A model generated the notes under the pieces. It worked only from the letters and a program-made list of their open reading frames with translations. It had not been told where the DNA came from and did no database searches. Below are positions 46,975 through 47,794 of a stretch of 47,794 nt of DNA, one piece after another. Position 1 is the first letter of the stretch. The number at the start of each line of letters is the position of its first letter. Source of the DNA: Candidatus Planktophila sp. (GTDB lineage: Bacteria; Actinomycetota; Actinomycetes; Nanopelagicales; Nanopelagicaceae); the NCBI GenBank assembly GCA_046070745.1, contig JBJTMX010000044.1:1-47794 (forward strand), in the 5' to 3' direction. A program made the position numbers and the translations under genes.

Positions 46975-47794
46975 ATGGCCAAGAAGAGCGCAACATTTGA
47001 ATCACTCAACCCTGTCAACGGCGAAGTTGCTGGCAGCTATCCAATCTTTACCGAGAAAGATGTTTATGCCGTAGTGACACATGCCGCGGATGCCGCTCTT
47101 CGCTGGGCAGAGCTCGGGCATAAAGCTCGTCGAAAAATATTACTCAGTTATAGCCGCTTGTTATTGAGCGAGATTGATTCACTTGCCGAGCAGGTAACTC
47201 TTGAAACCGGAAAGCCGCACTCTGATGCTAAGTTGGAGATTTCCTTGGCCGCGCACCATGTGGCATGGGCTGCTCGCAATGCCGAGTCGGTTCTTCGCAC
47301 AACGCACAGGTCTCCTGGCGCACTTATGGCAAACATGTCAGCCACAGTTGAGCGATCTCCCCTTGGCGTTGTCGGCGTAATTGGACCGTGGAACTATCCA
47401 GTCTTTACTCCAATGGGTTCTATTGCTTATGCGCTTGCTGCCGGAAATACCGTTGTCTTTAAGCCAAGTGAGTACACACCAGGTGTTGGCATTGCTCTCG
47501 CTGAACTATTCGAGCATGCTGCAGGAAGTTCTGAGTATTTTCATGTCATCACAGGCTTTGGTGAAACTGGAGCTGCGCTCTGCACGAGTGGCGTCAAGAA
47601 GTTGGCATTTACCGGATCAACTGCGACCGCTAAGAAAGTTGCAGCGCTCTGTGCGCAGACGCTCACCCCTGTCATAGCAGAGTGTGGCGGTAAAGACCCC
47701 GTCATAGTTGCTCGCGATGCAGACATTACCAAGGCCGTTGATGCAACGGTCTGGTCGGCTCTTTCCAATGCAGGACAGACTTGTATCGGTGCAG
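46975..47794 (+). CDS. Aldehyde dehydrogenase, 3' partial (absent from ORF track)
   Basis: MAKKSATFESLNP...ETGK...GVIGPWNYP...KPSE...FTGS...ECGGKDP...NAGQTC; TACTCT-N6-ATG. Confidence 0.93.
   Translation, partial: MAKKSATFESLNPVNGEVAGSYPIFTEKDVYAVVTHAADAALRWAELGHKARRKILLSYSRLLLSEIDSLAEQVTLETGKPHSDAKLEISLAAHHVAWAARNAESVLRTTHRSPGALMANMSATVERSPLGVVGVIGPWNYPVFTPMGSIAYALAAGNTVVFKPSEYTPGVGIALAELFEHAAGSSEYFHVITGFGETGAALCTSGVKKLAFTGSTATAKKVAALCAQTLTPVIAECGGKDPVIVARDADITKAVDATVWSALSNAGQTCIGA

Noticed and set aside
143-47768. Many 60-170 aa ORFs antisense or out of frame to recognised genes (e.g. 5950-6462, 23450-23845, 35278-35718, 47381-47677)
   Set aside because: Shadow ORFs fully inside confident genes, with no motifs or initiation signals
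1-47794. CRISPR array, integrase/transposase, att duplication of tRNA-Val or rnpB ends
   Set aside because: No regularly spaced repeats, recombinase motifs or duplicated RNA ends seen by eye

Overview
Gene-dense, ~47% GC (estimated by eye) chromosomal window from a streamlined actinobacterium. Gene content and style resemble the freshwater acI/Nanopelagicales group (inference). A core actinobacterial neighbourhood (rnpB ... RNase H/phosphatase - zinc-ribbon protein ... tRNA-Val(TAC) - AhpE peroxiredoxin - DUF3052 - aceE, then glgE-glgB) is interrupted by two accessory stretches, ~2.5-25.4 kb and ~27.3-33.7 kb. These carry small detoxification, ligand-binding and metal-homeostasis genes, with no integrase, transposase or CRISPR seen. 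The best candidate for a new system is a copper-associated locus at 30.9-32.5 kb (- strand): a His-bearing membrane protein ending in an RGPP arrest-type motif, ATGA-coupled to an unannotated 37-aa His-rich membrane microprotein, followed by YcnI and CopC with no CopD. Also notable: a SufR-type operator on an orphan FTR1 iron permease, a RosR-type operator at yceI, a DUF1801 pseudogene, an N-domain-less ClpB, and pervasive leaderless TANNNT-N6-ATG promoters, including a 22-bp bidirectional one. All family calls rest on motif recognition; no database searches were run.
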